This document shows, one piece after another, positions 58,034 through 64,000 of a stretch of DNA of 64,000 nt. Numbering within the stretch: the stretch's first letter is position 1; every line of letters starts with the position of its first letter. The stretch is from sequence record DRR723986_5581, one strand, 5' to 3'. The notes under the pieces are model-generated. The model did no database searches. It saw only the letters and a program-made list of their open reading frames with translations, and was not told where the DNA came from. Both the position numbers and the translations under genes were made by a program.

Positions 58034-58747
58034 ATGAAAGAGACGACGACCGCCAGTGAAGCACCGGCCGCAACCGGCAGCGACCACAAGGGACACCGCC
58101 AGCGGCTGCGGGAACGATTTCGTAAAACCGGCGAGCAAGGTCTCGCCGATTATGAACTCCTGGAATTCCTGTTATTTTCCGCCCTGCCCCGCCAGGATAC
58201 AAAGCCGATCGCCAAAGCACTGCTTCAGCGCTTTGGTTCCTTTCCGGCAGCCCTTGCCGCCCCCCGGGAACGGCTCAAGGAAATTCCGGGGTTGTCCGAC
58301 ATCAGCATAGATGCGCTTCAGGCGGTACATGCATCGGTCATCCGCTTTCACAAGGCCGGTCTGGAAAAACGGCAGGTGCTCGACAGCTGGCAGAAGGTCA
58401 TGGACTACCTGCAGGTTTCCATGGGGCTGGCCCCGGTAGAGCAGTTCAGGATCCTGTTTCTCGACAAGAAAAATGCGCTTATCGCAGATGAGGTTCAGCA
58501 GACGGGCACGGTCGATCACACCCCGGTCTATCCGCGCGAAGTGATCCGGCGCGCCCTGGAGCTTTCGGCAACGGCCCTGATCCTTGTCCACAACCACCCG
58601 TCGGGCGATCCGACCCCATCACGCGCCGACATACAGATGACCAAGAAAATCGTCGATATTGCCGGCCCACTCGGGATCGAGGTGCATGACCATATCATCG
58701 TTGGTCTGCGTACAAACGTCAGCTTCCGCAGCTTACAGCTGATTTGA
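58034..58747 (+). CDS. radC: RadC/JAB domain protein
   Basis: GHRQRLRERF, DYELLE, VYPREV, HNHPSGDPTPSRAD, HDHII. Confidence 0.95.
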   Translation: MKETTTASEAPAATGSDHKGHRQRLRERFRKTGEQGLADYELLEFLLFSALPRQDTKPIAKALLQRFGSFPAALAAPRERLKEIPGLSDISIDALQAVHASVIRFHKAGLEKRQVLDSWQKVMDYLQVSMGLAPVEQFRILFLDKKNALIADEVQQTGTVDHTPVYPREVIRRALELSATALILVHNHPSGDPTPSRADIQMTKKIVDIAGPLGIEVHDHIIVGLRTNVSFRSLQLI

Positions 58748-58919
58748 GCTGTTCGAGCAACGGACAGGCCAAGTCTTGGGGCCTGTACAGCTAAGCTCTT
58801 TAAGACTGTTTGCAAAACCGGATCGGGAGTTTTGCGACTTTACCCTTAATTTACTTAGAATTTGCGGCATTCCTTAACCCAGATCGACAATACTCGGGCC
58901 AAATAAATCGGGCTCGTAT

Positions 58920-61199
58920 ATGTACAATTCGTCTAAAAACTCCGGCGGACAGATAGCAAACGCGATCATTATTCCGATGGTCGTGATCGTCATGATATCC
59001 GTTGTCGGTATTTTCGGCCTGTTGCACTGGTCTGCCCGCCTGTCGGACGAAACCGCTGTCGAATCCCAGAACAAGCTCATTTCCGGCGCTTTGCAGCTGA
59101 CCCAGAATTACATGGTTAAGCAGCAGAACGGCGTCGTGATCTGGGACGAAGCCTATCACCGGGTCAACCAGATCAACCCGGACGAAGGCTGGATCTACAA
59201 CAACCTGATGCACTGGCTGTTCCAGAACCACGGTTTTTCCAAGTCGATCCTGATCAACCGCGATTACGGCGTGCAATATGTCTACGCGCAGAACCACACC
59301 AACCAGTGGATGACGCAAGAGCTGCTTCAGGAACTGAAGCCGGCCATTGCCAAGGTGCGCGCCCGCTACATCATTTCCTTCCGCCGCACACCATCCGGGC
59401 TCTACAGTTTCATTCCGCAAAGCAGCGACGCGCGCCGGTCGATTGCCGAAACCGGCCTCGTCTCCCTGGCAGGCGAACCGTATCTCTTCAGTGCCGCCGC
59501 CATCATGCCGCAGATCCAGTCGATCTCCCGGGTCCGTTTCCCGCCGTCAGTGCTGGTAAGTCTGGTACCCTTGCGGGGTGAAAAGCTGACGGAAATCTCG
59601 GAAATGTCTCGCCTTGACGGGTTTGTTCTCGCCAACAACCAGACCCAGCGCGATGGCGTCGGCAGGTTTCAGCTGAAGTCCCCGCTTGGACAGGATGTCG
59701 GCCTGATCGCCTGGCAGACAACCGAGCCCGGAAGCCAGATGATACGCCGGATCAATCCGTTCCTGGCCTTGGCGGCTTTCATGATTGCCGCGGTGGTCAT
59801 CGCCGTGACCATCTTCACCCGCCAGATGACCAAACGTCTTGCACGCAGCGAAGCCAAGGCAGTCCACTCCTCGCGTCATGACGCCCTGTCCGGCCTGCCG
59901 AACCGCGCGCGGTTCCATGCACTTTTGACGGACACGCTGGACGAAAGCGTTGCCAAGGGAACGAATACCGCTGTCGTCTACATCGACCTCGACCATTTCA
60001 AGGACATCAACGATACGCTTGGCCATTCCGCCGGTGACAAGGTGATCACTGCGGTCGCCCAAAGACTGCAGCGCGTCATTCCCGAAACCGGGATCGTTGC
60101 GCGCATCAGCGGCGACGAATTCGCGATGGTCATCAAGAACTGCGAAGACGATGTCTGGCTGGAATACATCCTCGACCAGGTGCAGGACGAAATCGGCCGT
60201 CCGATCATGATCGGGCGCCGTGAACTTCACGCCAGCCTCTCGATGGGCGCTGCCATTGCCCCGCGCGACGGCAACGACCCGGACGAGCTGCTGCGCAAGG
60301 CCGATATCGCGCTTTATGATGCCAAGGCAAACGGCCGGAACCGCCGTTCCTTCTTCGAACCGAACATGGAACATCACGTCCAGTCCAAGGACAGGCTGTC
60401 CCGCGAACTTCGTCTGGCGCTCAAGAACGACGAACTGACACTTGCCTACCAACCTCAGTCCGACACCTCGGCCAAGCGGATCGTCAGCGTCGAAGCGCTG
60501 GCCCGCTGGACCAAGGAAGACGGCACCGTCATTTCCCCGGCGCAGTTCATTCCGGTGGCCGAGGAAACCGGCCTGATCAACGAACTGGGCATCTGGGTGC
60601 TCAACAAGGCCTGCGCCAAGGCGCACGAATGGCCCGGCATCACCGTTTCGGTCAACGTTTCGCCAAACCAGTTCAAGCATCCGCGGTTCGTCGAAAAGGT
60701 GATGGCGATCCTTGCCGCCAACAACCTGCCGCCACAGCGCCTGGAAATTGAAGTCACCGAAAGTGTTTTCGCGGGCCGCAACGATTCGGTGCTGAAGGCC
60801 CTGCGCAGGCTGAAGAACCTGGGCGTGAAGGTTGCGCTCGATGACTTCGGTTCAGGTTATTCCAGCCTCAGCTACCTGCGCCGCTTTCCTTTCGACACGC
60901 TCAAGATCGACCGGGATTTCGTTTCCGACATGAACGGCAACGCTGAAGCCGAGGCCATCCTGGTGTCGATCATCCAGCTCGGCAAAGCGCTTGGCATGAC
61001 CATCGTTGCCGAAGGCATCGAGACGCTGGAACAGATCCGTTTCCTGCAGGCACACGACTGCAACCGAATGCAGGGCTATTACATTTCCCGGCCGCTGACG
61101 GACACCGCCCTGACCGCGTTCCTGGACGAATTTCACCGCGTCGGTACGCCCGGTTACGGTACGGACCTGAGCTATCAGGTACGCGCGGCGGAAGCTTGA
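58920..61199 (+). CDS. Membrane sensor (CHASE4-like) GGDEF-EAL protein
   Basis: Two TM segments, HDALSGLPNR, SGDEF, EALARW, DDFGSGYSSL. Confidence 0.93.
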   Translation: MYNSSKNSGGQIANAIIIPMVVIVMISVVGIFGLLHWSARLSDETAVESQNKLISGALQLTQNYMVKQQNGVVIWDEAYHRVNQINPDEGWIYNNLMHWLFQNHGFSKSILINRDYGVQYVYAQNHTNQWMTQELLQELKPAIAKVRARYIISFRRTPSGLYSFIPQSSDARRSIAETGLVSLAGEPYLFSAAAIMPQIQSISRVRFPPSVLVSLVPLRGEKLTEISEMSRLDGFVLANNQTQRDGVGRFQLKSPLGQDVGLIAWQTTEPGSQMIRRINPFLALAAFMIAAVVIAVTIFTRQMTKRLARSEAKAVHSSRHDALSGLPNRARFHALLTDTLDESVAKGTNTAVVYIDLDHFKDINDTLGHSAGDKVITAVAQRLQRVIPETGIVARISGDEFAMVIKNCEDDVWLEYILDQVQDEIGRPIMIGRRELHASLSMGAAIAPRDGNDPDELLRKADIALYDAKANGRNRRSFFEPNMEHHVQSKDRLSRELRLALKNDELTLAYQPQSDTSAKRIVSVEALARWTKEDGTVISPAQFIPVAEETGLINELGIWVLNKACAKAHEWPGITVSVNVSPNQFKHPRFVEKVMAILAANNLPPQRLEIEVTESVFAGRNDSVLKALRRLKNLGVKVALDDFGSGYSSLSYLRRFPFDTLKIDRDFVSDMNGNAEAEAILVSIIQLGKALGMTIVAEGIETLEQIRFLQAHDCNRMQGYYISRPLTDTALTAFLDEFHRVGTPGYGTDLSYQVRAAEA

Positions 61200-61275
61200 C
61201 GACACTTCGTACGGGCAAATGCCTGCCCGTCAGCCCTTCGATTTGTTCAGGAACGACCTGGAAACGCCACCGGGC

Positions 61276-62232
61276 TCAAAGACCCAGCGCCGGACGGAGC
61301 CGGGCGGCAAACGAGTGAAAGCTCGCAAAGGGCGCTGTCTCGGCCAATGTCAGCCAGTTCTGCCCTGCCCCGTCAGCCAGCTTCAGGCCAGCGTGACCGA
61401 ATTCCGCACGCACCATATCCTTGAACCAGGCAACATGCTGCGCTTTGCGCTGGCGTTGCAAGGCTTCACCGGACGCGATGTGCGCATGGTGGCGCGTCCA
61501 GTGGTCAACCAGATCATCAACACCGCTGAGGGTTTGCGCGGAGACTTCGCACACAGGCACCTTCCACCCTGTAGTGCTGTCGGTATCGCTCAACGACAGG
61601 GCGCCCGCGACATCCGAGGCAGCCCGACGGGCAAGCACACCCATATCTGCCTTGGTGACAGCCACGATATCCGGCAGTTCCATGATGCCGGCCTTCATGA
61701 ACTGCAGACTGTCACCCGATCCGGGCTGGATACACAGAACGACCGTGTCGACAGCCTGCTTCAGGTCCCCTTCCGATTGTCCGATACCAACGGTTTCAAC
61801 GATCACGCAGTCGCACACGCACCGGAGAACGGCAATTGCCGCAACTGCATGATCGGAGAGGCCCCCAAGGCGATCTCGCGCCGCCATGGAGCGGACGAAG
61901 ACGCCATCGTCGGATGGATCGGTTTTCAGGCGGGTTCGGTCACCCAGAAGGGCACCACCGGTCACCGCGGAAGACGGATCGATGGCCAGCACAGCCACAG
62001 TCTGCCCTGCCGACCGGCACGCCTTGATGAGCGCGTCGGTCAGACTTGATTTGCCGACGCCGGGCGGACCGGTGAGGCCCAACACTTTCGCGGTGGCTTC
62101 ACCAGCGGCCGAGTCCAGAAAAGCCGCGGTTTCGGCGTCCTCCGCATGGCTTTCCAGCCGGCTGAGAACCCGCGCGAGCTGCCTCTTGCCACCCGCGCGC
62201 AAGGTGTCCAACTTGGGGTAGGCATCGCTCAC
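61276..62232 (-). CDS. meaB: ArgK/MeaB family GTPase
   Basis: GLTGPPGVGKSS, IDPSS..GGALLGDRTR, ETVGIGQSE, TKAD. Confidence 0.92.
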   Translation of the reverse strand: MSDAYPKLDTLRAGGKRQLARVLSRLESHAEDAETAAFLDSAAGEATAKVLGLTGPPGVGKSSLTDALIKACRSAGQTVAVLAIDPSSAVTGGALLGDRTRLKTDPSDDGVFVRSMAARDRLGGLSDHAVAAIAVLRCVCDCVIVETVGIGQSEGDLKQAVDTVVLCIQPGSGDSLQFMKAGIMELPDIVAVTKADMGVLARRAASDVAGALSLSDTDSTTGWKVPVCEVSAQTLSGVDDLVDHWTRHHAHIASGEALQRQRKAQHVAWFKDMVRAEFGHAGLKLADGAGQNWLTLAETAPFASFHSFAARLRPALGL

Positions 62233-62273
62233 ACCGCACTCCCCTTGGCCTCGACCGGAGTTTTCCGCCCCAT

Positions 62274-64000
<1,727 letters not shown>

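Noticed and set aside
58034-58747. radC as island anti-defence cargo
   Set aside because: It lies outside the att repeat, is full length and follows map, consistent with the core chromosomal copy

Overview
GC-rich alphaproteobacterial-type chromosome segment (taxon inferred, not shown) with three parts. (1) 1-~25.45 kb: right part of a temperate prophage: portal (cut by the window edge), terminases, moron genes, primase/DnaB, a Cro/CI switch with palindromic operators, RecE/RecT, a HicA-HicB-SecB-like module and a tyrosine integrase. (2) ~25.49-56.89 kb: a ~31.4 kb integrative, probably mobilisable defence island bounded by a 13-bp direct repeat (GGATTTTAAGTCC). It carries Dcm-Vsr-MORC-Z1-DUF4420-AIPR (Mza-like), a YhaO/YhaN-like pair, an RloC-like ATPase, ArdA, a Fic toxin-antitoxin pair, a MOBQ relaxase with oriT, a VirD4-like protein and its own integrase. 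(3) 57-64 kb: host genes map, radC, a GGDEF/EAL protein, meaB and ppdK. Main observation: the island crossed over in the anticodon loop of tRNA-Leu(UAA) and split it without repairing it at the junction (5' half at 56874-56915, matching 3' half at 25449-25505). The island instead carries a complete replacement tRNA-Leu(UAA) interrupted by a 205-nt group I intron placed inside the 13-bp att core. The replacement can therefore be rebuilt as RNA but is not an intact att site as DNA. A HEPN-like ORF lies directly downstream of it. All protein family calls come from reading motifs by eye; no database searches were run.
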